From Chitinophagales bacterium (lineage in GTDB: Bacteria; Bacteroidota; Bacteroidia; Chitinophagales; JADIYW01), in the NCBI GenBank assembly GCA_035515235.1, contig DATJBS010000031.1:53523-117522 (forward strand): DNA of 64,000 nucleotides, written 5' to 3'. Every line of letters starts with the position of its first letter. The first letter of the stretch is position 1. Of the stretch, positions 30,846 to 40,252 are shown piece by piece. Below the pieces are notes generated by a model. That model saw only the letters and a program-made list of their open reading frames with translations, searched no databases and had not been told where the DNA came from. The translations under genes were made by a program, and so were the position numbers.

Positions 30846-31823
30846 ATGAAAGAACAAAACCAAATTGAAATATATAAATCTGATGATGGAGTAACCCAGC
30901 TAAAGGTTAATCTTCAAGATGAAACTGTTTGGTTAAATAGAAATCAACTTGCAGAATTATTTGATAGAGATGTAAAAACTATAGGTAAACATTTAACTAA
31001 TGTTTTTAAAGAAGGCGAATTAAGAAAAGAAGCAACTGTCGCAAAATATGCGACAGTTCAAAAAGAAGGAGATAGAGAAGTTACTAGAGATGTAGATCAT
31101 TATAATTTAGACGCTATTATATCAGTAGGTTATAGAGTTAAATCTCAAAGAGGAACACAATTTAGAATATGGGCAAATAAAGTATTAAAAGACTATTTAG
31201 TACAAGGTTATGCTATCAACCAAAAACGTTTAGAGCAAAAAGAACAAGAAGTAAAAATATTAAAAAGTGGTATTCAAATTTTAAGTAGAGCCATTGAAGA
31301 AAAAACTCAGGACAATCAATGGTTAGAAGTTTTTGCTAAAGGCTTAAGTTTGTTAGATGATTATGACCATGAGAGATTAGATGCAAAAGGTTTAACTACA
31401 AGAAAGGTCTATTATCCTAGTTTAGAAGATTATCAAGAATTAATAAATCAAATGTTGATTGAGTTCGATTCTGAAATTTTCGGAAAAGAAAAAGATAAAA
31501 GTTTTCAAAGTTCTATTGCTCAAATTGAAAAAGGATTTGATGAAAAGGATTTTTACCCAACTTTAGAAGAAAAAGCAACTATGCTTTTATATTTTGTGGT
31601 GAAAAACCATTCGTTTGTAGATGGAAATAAAAGAATAGCAGCAGCTTGTTTCCTTAAGTTTTTACAACAAAACAACATGCTTTTTAATAGTCTACAAGAA
31701 CCAATAATTAGTAACGATACATTAGCAAGTTTGACGCTTTTTATAGCCTCAAGCAAACCAGAAGAAATGCAAACCGTAACGCGATTAGTAATTAGCGTAT
31801 TAAACAGAAACAACAAAAATTAA
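30846..31823 (+). CDS. RhuM-like N-terminal domain fused to a Fic/Doc-family domain (Doc-type motif HSFVDGNKR)
   Basis: N-terminus DGVTQLKVNLQDETVWLNRNQLAELFDRDVKTIGKHLTNVF...ISVGYRVKSQRGTQFRIWANKVLKDYL is RhuM-like. The motif cat tcg ttt gta gat gga aat aaa aga lies at 31608-31634. Confidence 0.75.
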   Translation: MKEQNQIEIYKSDDGVTQLKVNLQDETVWLNRNQLAELFDRDVKTIGKHLTNVFKEGELRKEATVAKYATVQKEGDREVTRDVDHYNLDAIISVGYRVKSQRGTQFRIWANKVLKDYLVQGYAINQKRLEQKEQEVKILKSGIQILSRAIEEKTQDNQWLEVFAKGLSLLDDYDHERLDAKGLTTRKVYYPSLEDYQELINQMLIEFDSEIFGKEKDKSFQSSIAQIEKGFDEKDFYPTLEEKATMLLYFVVKNHSFVDGNKRIAAACFLKFLQQNNMLFNSLQEPIISNDTLASLTLFIASSKPEEMQTVTRLVISVLNRNNKN

Positions 31824-31842
31824 TGTAAAGGAATTCTAAATA

Positions 31843-33468
31843 ATGACAAGTACAGCACAATTTGAAACTCAAACCAAAGCACTGATAGACGATCTCAAAA
31901 GTGTCTGTGCTAATTACGGCTTGGGAAATGACGGGAACGAGTTTAAGATAATCACTCAAGTATTTTTATATAAATTCCTAAATGATAAATACGTTTATGA
32001 ATTAAAACAACTAGAACCAGATTTAGCAAAAGCAGAAAATTTTGATGAAGCACTTCTGAGCTATTCCGACGACGATTTGGAAATGCTAACCATGCAAATC
32101 AGTGAAAACACCGCTTATATTGCTCCCAAAAACTTACTATCTCGTTTATTCGAGCAACAAAACAAATCTAATTTTGCAGATATTTTTGATGAAACCTTAG
32201 TCAGTGTAGCCAAAGACAATATCGATATTTTCTCTGTGCTCACGCAAGGAGGCGAAAAAGTTGTTTTATTTGAAAACCTAAGCAAATACGTCACCGATAA
32301 TAAAGATGCATTTTGTAAAGCTTTAGTGAATAAGCTCGTAGGTTTTAGCTTTGAGCAAATATTTACACAGAAGTTTGATTTTTTTGCCACCATTTTTGAA
32401 TATTTAATCAAAGATTATAATACCAACTCAGGCGGTAAATATGCAGAGTATTTTACACCTCACGCCGTAGCTAAAATTATGGCTGCTTGTTTGGTAACGA
32501 GTGATGATGTGAATAATGTAACCTGCTATGATCCAAGTGCGGGATCCGGAACTTTATTGATGAACCTTGCACATGCTATCGGAGAAGATAAGTGTACGAT
32601 TTACTCACAAGATATTTCTCAAAAATCTTCTTCTTTATTGCGTTTAAACCTGATTTTAAACAATCTCGTACATTCTATACAAAACATCATACAAGGCAAT
32701 ACTATCTTAAATCCATATCACAAACAAGAAGATGGACAGCTAGAAAAGTTTGATTATATCGTATCAAATCCACCGTTTAAGCTAGATTTTTCTGATTACA
32801 GTGCAGATTTAGATTCTAAGGCGAATAAAGACCGCTTTTTTGCAGGAATACCTAATGTGCCGAAAGCCAAGAAAGATTCCATGGCGATTTACTTGCTGTT
32901 TATTCAGCATATCATGTTCAGCTTGACAGACAAGGGGAAAGCGGCTATCGTAGTGCCTACAGGATTTATCACCGCACAATCGGGTATCGATAAATCTATT
33001 AGAGAGAAATTAGTAGAACATAAAATGCTTGCAGGCGTAGTCAGTATGCCTTCTAATATATTTGCTACTACAGGAACGAATGTCAGCATTTTGTTTTTGG
33101 ATAAAACCAATAAGAAAGACGTGGTCTTGGTAGATGCTTCTAATTTGGGCACCAAAGTAAAAGACGGTAAAAATCAAAAAACGGTATTGAGTGCAGATGA
33201 AGAACAACAAATAATTGATGTCTTCAATGCTAAAACAGCCCAAGAGGATTTCTCTGTGGTGGTGACTTATGAGGAACTCAAAGCGAAAAATTACAGCCTA
33301 AGTGCAGGACAGTATTTTGACGTAAAAATCGAATATGTAGATATTACACCTGAAGAGTTTACAGAGAAAATGAAAGCTTTTGAAAGTAATTTAGAAAATC
33401 TTTTTGCAGAGTCTAAGAGTTTAGAAAATGAAATTCAAGAAAATTTGAAAAGTTTGAGGTATGTCTGA
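31843..33468 (+). CDS. hsdM: Type I R-M N6-adenine DNA methyltransferase M subunit
   Basis: DPSAGSGTLL is the SAM motif I and IVSNPPFKL is the NPPF catalytic motif IV. It overlaps hsdS by 8 nt (ATGTCTGA). Confidence 0.9.
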   Translation: MTSTAQFETQTKALIDDLKSVCANYGLGNDGNEFKIITQVFLYKFLNDKYVYELKQLEPDLAKAENFDEALLSYSDDDLEMLTMQISENTAYIAPKNLLSRLFEQQNKSNFADIFDETLVSVAKDNIDIFSVLTQGGEKVVLFENLSKYVTDNKDAFCKALVNKLVGFSFEQIFTQKFDFFATIFEYLIKDYNTNSGGKYAEYFTPHAVAKIMAACLVTSDDVNNVTCYDPSAGSGTLLMNLAHAIGEDKCTIYSQDISQKSSSLLRLNLILNNLVHSIQNIIQGNTILNPYHKQEDGQLEKFDYIVSNPPFKLDFSDYSADLDSKANKDRFFAGIPNVPKAKKDSMAIYLLFIQHIMFSLTDKGKAAIVVPTGFITAQSGIDKSIREKLVEHKMLAGVVSMPSNIFATTGTNVSILFLDKTNKKDVVLVDASNLGTKVKDGKNQKTVLSADEEQQIIDVFNAKTAQEDFSVVVTYEELKAKNYSLSAGQYFDVKIEYVDITPEEFTEKMKAFESNLENLFAESKSLENEIQENLKSLRYV

Positions 33469-34766
33469 ATTCATTAATATTGAAATTGGTGACTTAGGTC
33501 TTACCATAACTGGAAAAACACCTTCATCAAAGTTTCCTCAAGATTTTGGTAAAAAATATATGTTTATAACGCCAAGTGATGATTTTGATAATAAAACGAT
33601 ATTTCAAACGAACAGATATTTATCTGAAATAGGTCTTAAAAAATTAAAAAACAAAATACTCCCCTCGAAAAGTGTTCTTGTTTCATGTATAGGCTCAGCA
33701 ATGGGAAAAATTACAATGAATAATAGCACAGCTATTACAAATCAACAGATAAATTCGATTGTTGTTAATTCTGAATATTATGATGCAGATTATATTTATT
33801 ATCAATTAAAAAATAATTATAAATTATTAAGGACAGCTGCATTAGGAAGTACTGCGTTGCCAATGTTAAATAAAACTGAATTTGATAGATTAAAATTAAC
33901 CATACACAAAAACCTTCAAACCCAAAAACAAATCGCCAAAGTTCTTTCTGATTTAGATGCTAAAATAGAAGTCAATAATAAAATCAACCAAGAGCTAGAA
34001 TCGATGGCAAAAACGTTGTATGATTATTGGTTTGTGCAGTTTGATTTACCCTTCGATTTTGTTCAAAATAAACCAGATATCAATGGTCAACCTTATAAAT
34101 CCTCTGGCGGTAAAATGGTTTATAATGAGGAATTGAAACGAGAGATTCCTGAGGGTTGGAATTGCGGAACAATATTAGATTGCGCAGATCTATTTGGAGG
34201 AGGAACTCCAAAAAAAGAAATAAATGCATATTGGAATGGTAAAATACCATTTTTTACTCCAACAGATATAGAAAATAACGTTTTCTGTCTTGAGACAATT
34301 CTATATACTAATAAATTAGGAATAAGTAAGAGATAAAGGAACTATTTTAATAACAGCAAGAGGAACCGTTGGTAAAATTAATATTACAGGAAAGCCAATG
34401 GCTATGAACCAATCTTGTTATGCATTAAAACCAAAGAATGAATTTAGTTCAGAGTTTATATACTTTCATACAGATCAAATTGTAAAATTTTTAAAAGCTA
34501 AATCTAGTGGTTCTATATTTAAAGCAATAGTTACAAATGATTTTAAATTTACTCCAACTGTTATTCCTTATGTTCAAATAGTAAAGTTATATACTCAAAA
34601 CACTTTTGCAAATTTTGAAAAAATTTTAAATAATAAGAATCAAAACCAAAAACTCGTTGAACTCCGCGATTGGTTATTGCCGATGTTAATGAATGGTCAA
34701 GTAACTATCAAAGAAGCAGAAGAGCAAATCAGAATCGCAGCTGAGCCGAGAGCATCTTATGGATAA
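33461..34766 (+). pseudogene. hsdS: Type I R-M specificity subunit, interrupted by a +1 frame change near 34326-34334
   Basis: The first frame ends ...TNKLGISKR-TAA at 34334-34336. The next frame, open from 34326, reads VRDKGTILITARGTVGKINITGKPMAMNQSCYAL, the conserved TRD2 core. The tracked ORFs 33461..34336 and 34398..34766 are two pieces of one gene. Confidence 0.8.
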
Positions 34767-34802
34767 TAATGTGAAGTGTTAAATTGATAAATTGAGTAAT
34801 TT

Positions 34803-34960
34803 GTCATTTTGACGAAGTGAAGAATCTCTGATAATGATGAAATCGCAGTATCAAAAGCATTGTAATTAAGAGATCCTTTAATCCACTAACGTTACTTTCA
34901 GGATGACAACAGTGCTTAGCTTAACGTCATTAGTCATTGAGCCTGTGGTCGAAGTGTAGA
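34803..34960. repeat. mosaic hairpin-module field, left copy
   Basis: Positions 34858-34909 are the reverse complement of 41614-41665 (50/52). Positions 34803-34828 are the reverse complement of about 41741-41756. Confidence 0.85.
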
Positions 34961-35105
34961 GTTTCTGAATTAAATTCTCCAAAAACCATTTTTAACAATA
35001 CTCAGGAGTTCTAATCCCCAAATATGCATCTTTTCAGGGATTGTAATCCCCAAAAATAGAATTTCAATGCTTTGTTAAAAGAATAATTGAGCGTATAATG
35101 ATCTC

Positions 35106-35672
35106 TTACTCCTCACTATCATTACCTCTTTTGAAGAAACCTTTGATTTTTCCTAAAGTATTAGAGTCTGCTTTCGTAGTATCTTGAATATCTTCTTTAT
35201 TGACTAAAGATCCATTTTCATAAGTTTCAACAGTTTGCAGTTTACCAGATTCATTGTAATAGTTCCAAAAACCTTCACGCATGCTGCACAGTCCTCTTAA
35301 TCTCAAATTAGAATAGTCATTACTTGGATTGGATTTGAAATTGCCTTCGACTTTGATTTTACCATCAGAATAATATTCTTTGAAAGGTCCTAAAAGACAG
35401 CCTTCATATTGAACGACGACATGCTTGAGTTGCTCGTTTGCATTATAGGTATATACTTCACACGGTTGACAGTTTTGAGCTTTCTTCCAGCTTTCTTTAT
35501 AGAAGTCATGTTTGTCTTTAGAGATAGCTTGACCATTCGCTAAATATACTTTCCCTGTTGTCGTCATATAATCAGAAAGATTGACATCATATGTGGATAC
35601 GGTATCCATCTGTTGAGCTTTGGCAATCCATACAAATAGCAATAAGGCGAAAGTAGTAAAGAGTTTTCTCAT
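35106..35672 (-). CDS. secreted MORN-variant repeat protein (YwqK-like)
   Basis: The signal peptide MRKLFTTFALLLFVWIAKAQ supports the ATG at 35672. YYSDGKIKVEGNFK and WNYYNESGKLQTVETYENG are MORN-like repeats. Confidence 0.55.
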   Translation of the reverse strand: MRKLFTTFALLLFVWIAKAQQMDTVSTYDVNLSDYMTTTGKVYLANGQAISKDKHDFYKESWKKAQNCQPCEVYTYNANEQLKHVVVQYEGCLLGPFKEYYSDGKIKVEGNFKSNPSNDYSNLRLRGLCSMREGFWNYYNESGKLQTVETYENGSLVNKEDIQDTTKADSNTLGKIKGFFKRGNDSEE

Positions 35673-35794
35673 GATTAAATATAAATTTTTATTGTGTTTT
35701 GATTCAAAATTATTGTCCACTCTTGTTGAAAAAGTGAAATGTGCAGCACTGATGAACTCAAAGATTGTTCCAAGTCAGAGTAGAAGAAGCTATA

Positions 35795-35827
35795 AATAAA
35801 AAATAGGATACTAAAAAGCATCCTATT
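35795..35827 (-). terminator. intrinsic terminator after the TPM gene
   Basis: On the minus strand: aataggatgc/gtatcctatt stem followed by a T-run. Confidence 0.6.
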
Positions 35828-35864
35828 CCTGTATATAATATGATAAAGGTTAAATTCTTATAGC

Positions 35865-36659
35865 TTACCAGCCGCCACTTGCGCCGCCGCCGCCGAATCC
35901 GCCGCCTCCGAATCCACCAAATCCACCTCCACCACTGCTTCCTCCGCCGAATCCACCTCCTCCTCCAAGACCTCCACCAAATCCACCGCCCCAAATCGGA
36001 GGGATATTTCTTTGATGTCCAGTACTTGTGTAGGTGGAGTTGCCGTCATTTTTATTAGAAAACATTAATATGAAGAAGATAATCATTACTATAATAATGA
36101 CGATTGCTCCTAAAGGTAAACTATCTGACTCTGCATCAGGTAAAAATCCTCCATTGAGTAATAGAATCATTTTGTCAGTAGCCTCATCAAGACCAGCATA
36201 ATAGTTGCCATCTTTGAAATTAGGCGTGACGATTTCTCTAAGAATTCTATTGGCATCAATATCAGAAACATATTGACCCACTCTATAGCCGGTTTCAATA
36301 TCAAATTTGCGTTCGTCTTTGGCGATTAGAATAAGTATTCCATTATCTTTTTCTTTATTTCCAATACCCCATTTTCTAGCTAATCGAATACCATATTCTT
36401 CCACTGGGTAGTTCCCTATTGTAGTCACTGTGACTATTGCTATCTGAGTAGATGTAGTATCGTTATAGTTATTGAGTTTTGTTTCCAATAAACTCACTTC
36501 CTGTTCAGAAAGCATACCTGCAAAGTCATTGACTAATCTAGGAACTTTTGGAACTGATACGATATCATCATCTCTGAATTTCGCTTGTCCATAGCTGAAT
36601 TGATACGTGACCAGCGTTAATATAAGAAGAAGTAGATATTTTTTAAATTGATTAACCAT
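35865..36659 (-). CDS. TPM-domain protein (YgcG-like) with TM segment and Gly-rich C-terminal tail
   Basis: VNDFAGMLSEQEVSLLETKLNNYNDTTSTQIAIVTV is the TPM signature. The C-terminal tail is a GGGFGGG repeat. Confidence 0.8.
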   Translation of the reverse strand: MVNQFKKYLLLLILTLVTYQFSYGQAKFRDDDIVSVPKVPRLVNDFAGMLSEQEVSLLETKLNNYNDTTSTQIAIVTVTTIGNYPVEEYGIRLARKWGIGNKEKDNGILILIAKDERKFDIETGYRVGQYVSDIDANRILREIVTPNFKDGNYYAGLDEATDKMILLLNGGFLPDAESDSLPLGAIVIIIVMIIFFILMFSNKNDGNSTYTSTGHQRNIPPIWGGGFGGGLGGGGGFGGGSSGGGGFGGFGGGGFGGGGASGGW

Positions 36660-37086
36660 AAGAGATATCATCATTTAAATCGTTATTGTCTGTTGTAGAA
36701 TCAAATGGGAAATAATCTTGAAGCTTTCTGCCTATTTCTAAAACAGCTGTTATAACTCCTTCGTCATAAAAACCATTTTTGAAGGATTCTGATAAATGAA
36801 AGACGGTTTCGTTCCAAAATTCTAATCCAGTTTTCAAGTCAATATTCTTATCTCCAAGAATACAGATTTTCTTATCCTCTACCGAGAGGTAAATCAATAC
36901 TCCATTCTGATAAGGCAATTGATCCATTTTTAAAGAATGAAATACACCTTTCGCTTGTTCCATGACCTCTTTTGGGCAATGCGCTTCTATATGTACTTTA
37001 ATTTCACCAGAAGTTTTCAGCTCAGCTTTTTTAATAGCTTGAACGATGGCATCTGGATTTTTAAAGAAATCTTTGACTTTGGACAT
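36652..37086 (-). CDS. TPM-domain protein (second copy)
   Basis: ELKTSGEIKVHIE and NGVLIYLSVEDKKICILGD are TPM-like. The ATG at 37086 lies directly after the lemA stop. Confidence 0.7.
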   Translation of the reverse strand: MSKVKDFFKNPDAIVQAIKKAELKTSGEIKVHIEAHCPKEVMEQAKGVFHSLKMDQLPYQNGVLIYLSVEDKKICILGDKNIDLKTGLEFWNETVFHLSESFKNGFYDEGVITAVLEIGRKLQDYFPFDSTTDNNDLNDDISYG

Positions 37087-37087
37087 A

Positions 37088-37669
37088 TTAGAATTGTACT
37101 TTAGGTGCTTTTTCTGCTCCTGCTTCTGACTTAAATCCTTCTTTTTCATTAAATCCGAAAATTCTTGCAGTTACTACCGCTGGGAATGTTCTGATAGAAG
37201 TATTATAAGTTTTGATAGTAGCATTAAAATCTCTTCTTGAAATATTGATTTTTTGCTCTAGTCTAGCTAATTGAGCTTGAAGATCCATGAAGTTAGCATT
37301 TGCTTTTAAGTCAGGATATCTCTCTACAGTAACTAATAATCTGCTTAAAGATCCACTCAATGCAGCTTGTGCTTGTTCGAATTTCTCAATGTTTGCTGGA
37401 GTGATTTCGTCCGCTTTGATAGTGACGCCTGATGCATTAGCACGCGCCTGTATGACTTCTGTCAATGTGCCTCTTTCGAATTCAGCATATCCTTTTACGG
37501 TAGATACTAAATTGTCTACTAAATCAAACCTTTCTTGATATGCAGCTTCTACATTCGCCCATGATTCTTTGACATTTTCATCATTACTGACAATTTTGTT
37601 GTAAGAACAACTTGAAAATAGGGTAGCTGCAGAGAATGCTACAAAAGCTAATAAGAAGAATCTTTTCAT
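37088..37669 (-). CDS. lemA: LemA family protein
   Basis: SWANVEAAYQERFDLVDNLV and YPDLKANANFMDLQAQL..E..I...R..FN are LemA signatures. Confidence 0.9.
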   Translation of the reverse strand: MKRFFLLAFVAFSAATLFSSCSYNKIVSNDENVKESWANVEAAYQERFDLVDNLVSTVKGYAEFERGTLTEVIQARANASGVTIKADEITPANIEKFEQAQAALSGSLSRLLVTVERYPDLKANANFMDLQAQLARLEQKINISRRDFNATIKTYNTSIRTFPAVVTARIFGFNEKEGFKSEAGAEKAPKVQF

Positions 37670-37798
37670 TTTAAATAATTTATAAGTGTTATAACGTGGG
37701 TTAATTTATAAAAAGTTCCACTAAAAATGAGATACCTAAAGTTTTTTTAATCTAATTACAATATAAATAGATGATTTAACCTCTAACTTTACCGTACA

Positions 37799-38473
37799 AT
37801 GGAATACCAAACTTTAGTTCATCAGACTAGACTTAAAATTAATCAATATAAAGAAGAAGGTAAAACTTTATTTGCCAGCTCTTCTTTTCAGACGCATTCT
37901 ATTCCGATGTTGCATATTATCTCTCAAATAGATCCAAGTATACCAATTGTATTTTTGAATACTGGATTTTTATTTCCTGAAACGCTCAGTTATAAAGATT
38001 TAATCTGTGATTTATACGGTCTGACTTCTATAGATGTATCTTCTGAAACACCTAGAAGTATGCAGAAGGATCCAAGCGGAAGATTTTTATTTGCTAGCGA
38101 TCCTGATTATTGTTGTCATTTGAATAAAGTAGTTCCTATGGAACCTATCTTGCATCGATATGATATTTGGATCAATGGGGTACGTGCAGATCAAAATGCC
38201 AATAGAAGAAATATGAAGGAAGAACAAATGACTCCTCAAGGTGCGATGAGATATCATCCTATGCTTCATTGGACCAATAAAATGATTTGGGCGTATATCA
38301 AAGAATTTGATATTCCGAGACAGCCTTTAGAAAGTCAAGGTTATTCATCTAGTATAGGTTGTGAACCATGTACTCGTAAGGTAGATCCTACAGCATATTC
38401 TGATGATAGAATGGCGAGATGGTTTGGTATGAACAAAACCGAATGCGGACTTCATACAGAATTGATCAAATAA
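37799..38473 (+). CDS. cysH: PAPS/APS reductase family protein (CysH-like, with CC...CxxC motif)
   Basis: C-terminal ECGLH motif, plus DYCCHLNKV and GCEPCTRK Cys pairs as seen in Fe-S-containing APS reductases. Confidence 0.8.
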   Translation: MEYQTLVHQTRLKINQYKEEGKTLFASSSFQTHSIPMLHIISQIDPSIPIVFLNTGFLFPETLSYKDLICDLYGLTSIDVSSETPRSMQKDPSGRFLFASDPDYCCHLNKVVPMEPILHRYDIWINGVRADQNANRRNMKEEQMTPQGAMRYHPMLHWTNKMIWAYIKEFDIPRQPLESQGYSSSIGCEPCTRKVDPTAYSDDRMARWFGMNKTECGLHTELIK

Positions 38474-38515
38474 TTTTAAGAAACATACCCCTCTATTAAT
38501 TTAGTAGCAAATAAT

Positions 38516-39457
38516 ATGAAAATTCTCATCACCGGTGGAGCCGGATATATTGGAACTGAACTTGTAAAAAAGTTAGTCGATCATCCTGAAGTTGAAGAAA
38601 TTATCATCTATGATAATCTGACAAGAGGTTCTTATAGTTTTTTCTTGACACATGGAATCGGAGGAGATCATATTAGATTTGTTCAAGCGGATTTACTCAA
38701 CACTAGAAAAATTAAAAAAATCGTTCAAGAAGTAGATGTCGTCTATCATCTTGCAGCGAGAATTCAAACTCCTTTTGCTGAAACAGACCCACATCTATTT
38801 GAGCAAGTGAATCATTGGGGAACTGCAGAATTGTCCTATGCATTAGAAGAAGCGACTAATATCAAAGCTTTTATACACATCAGCAGTATTTCAGTGTATG
38901 GAGCGTCAACTAAAGGGAAGTTTTTAAATGACCAATCTAAAGTCAATCCAAGAACGAATTACGGTATTAGTAAGATGCGTGGAGAAGGATTTGTCGAAAG
39001 ATTAATGAAGCTCAATAAATTTCCAGTCTATTTATTAAGAGTGGGGAATGTATACGGCCATAGTAATAGTATGAGATTTGATGCAGTGATCAATAAATTT
39101 GCATTTGAAGCTAATTTTTTAAATAGAATCAATATCCATGGCGATGGTCAGCAAACTAGAGCTTTCATTCATGTGAATCAATTGTCTAGCAATTTAGCCC
39201 AAATTCCATTTAAGAATATCCCATCAGGAACATACAATATGATCGACAATAATCATTCTATTATGGATATTGCGATGCTTTTGAAAGATTTAATACCAGA
39301 CTTAGAAATGTTATTCATCAATCAGCATTTGAAATTAAAAGATATGTTGGTCGATGAAAATTGTGAAATCTATAAATATTTAGAAAAAGAACCGAGTAGT
39401 TTAAAATTGGATATGATAGAAATGATCAACCAATTTGCATTTCACCCAAATTTCTAA
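38516..39457 (+). CDS. NAD-dependent epimerase/dehydratase (extended SDR)
   Basis: ILITGGAGYIGTEL and YGISKMRGE (YxxxK). Confidence 0.85.
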   Translation: MKILITGGAGYIGTELVKKLVDHPEVEEIIIYDNLTRGSYSFFLTHGIGGDHIRFVQADLLNTRKIKKIVQEVDVVYHLAARIQTPFAETDPHLFEQVNHWGTAELSYALEEATNIKAFIHISSISVYGASTKGKFLNDQSKVNPRTNYGISKMRGEGFVERLMKLNKFPVYLLRVGNVYGHSNSMRFDAVINKFAFEANFLNRINIHGDGQQTRAFIHVNQLSSNLAQIPFKNIPSGTYNMIDNNHSIMDIAMLLKDLIPDLEMLFINQHLKLKDMLVDENCEIYKYLEKEPSSLKLDMIEMINQFAFHPNF

Positions 39458-39538
39458 AAAACTGAATAAATCTATTTTTTATAATTAGATTGTAATCAAA
39501 TAGTTTTTATTGATTAATTTTATAGAGATAGTATACCA

Positions 39539-40252
39539 ATGAAATATATTAAATTACTTTTTTTATTGACCATTTTAGTCATTGTTTCTTGTAAAAAAGA
39601 TTCTAATGATGTTGATGTGGATTTCGGTTATGAATATATAGCTGATCAAAAAGGGGCTTATGTCATCTATCATGTTGACTCTACGATATATAATGACTTT
39701 ACTCAAGAAGTGACTCGTACTTCGTTGGAAATTAAAGAATTCATCGTTGAAGACTTTACAGATAATTTAGGTAGAAGCGCCCAAAGAGTCGAAAGATATA
39801 AAAGAGCAATTGGAGATACTGAATGGGAACTTTTTCGTACTTATTATATAGTAAAAGGTAAAAGAAATGCAGAGAGAATAGACGAAAATTTAAGATATGT
39901 CAATTTTGTTTTTCCTCCTAAAGAAAATATTACTTGGAAAGGAAATAGATTTATCGATGCAAAAGACAATAATAAGTTTTTGGATAAATGGGAATATAGA
40001 TTTACCTCAGTAGATGTACCTCAAACTATCAAAGGAATAGATTATCCAGAAACTGCAACTATTCTCTTGAGAGATAATGAAACGGTTATTGAAAAAGTTT
40101 TTGCTAAAGAAACTTATGCAAAGGGTATAGGAATGGTCTACAAAGAATGGTGGCATCTCGAAACTCAGAAAAATTTTGATAAGCCTTGGGAAGAGAAAGC
40201 TGAAAAAGGTTTTATCTTAAAAATGTATGCCATTGAACATGGTATGGAATAA
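39539..40252 (+). CDS. hypothetical lipoprotein
   Basis: Lipobox LVIVSC. No family was recognised. Confidence 0.5.
   Translation: MKYIKLLFLLTILVIVSCKKDSNDVDVDFGYEYIADQKGAYVIYHVDSTIYNDFTQEVTRTSLEIKEFIVEDFTDNLGRSAQRVERYKRAIGDTEWELFRTYYIVKGKRNAERIDENLRYVNFVFPPKENITWKGNRFIDAKDNNKFLDKWEYRFTSVDVPQTIKGIDYPETATILLRDNETVIEKVFAKETYAKGIGMVYKEWWHLETQKNFDKPWEEKAEKGFILKMYAIEHGME

Noticed and set aside
34966-34985. Possible att-like direct repeat of the tRNA-Ser 3' end marking the right border of the R-M islet
   Set aside because: Only ttctcc plus an A-run is shared with the tRNA 3' region. That is too short and gapped to distinguish from chance in AT-rich DNA, and no integrase is present.
35758-36049. 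ORFs 35758..35994 (WRR-rich) and 35858..36049 (A/V/E-rich)
   Set aside because: These are alternative frames of the GGN-repeat tract that encodes the Gly-rich tail of the TPM protein. Their composition is an artefact of the repeat.
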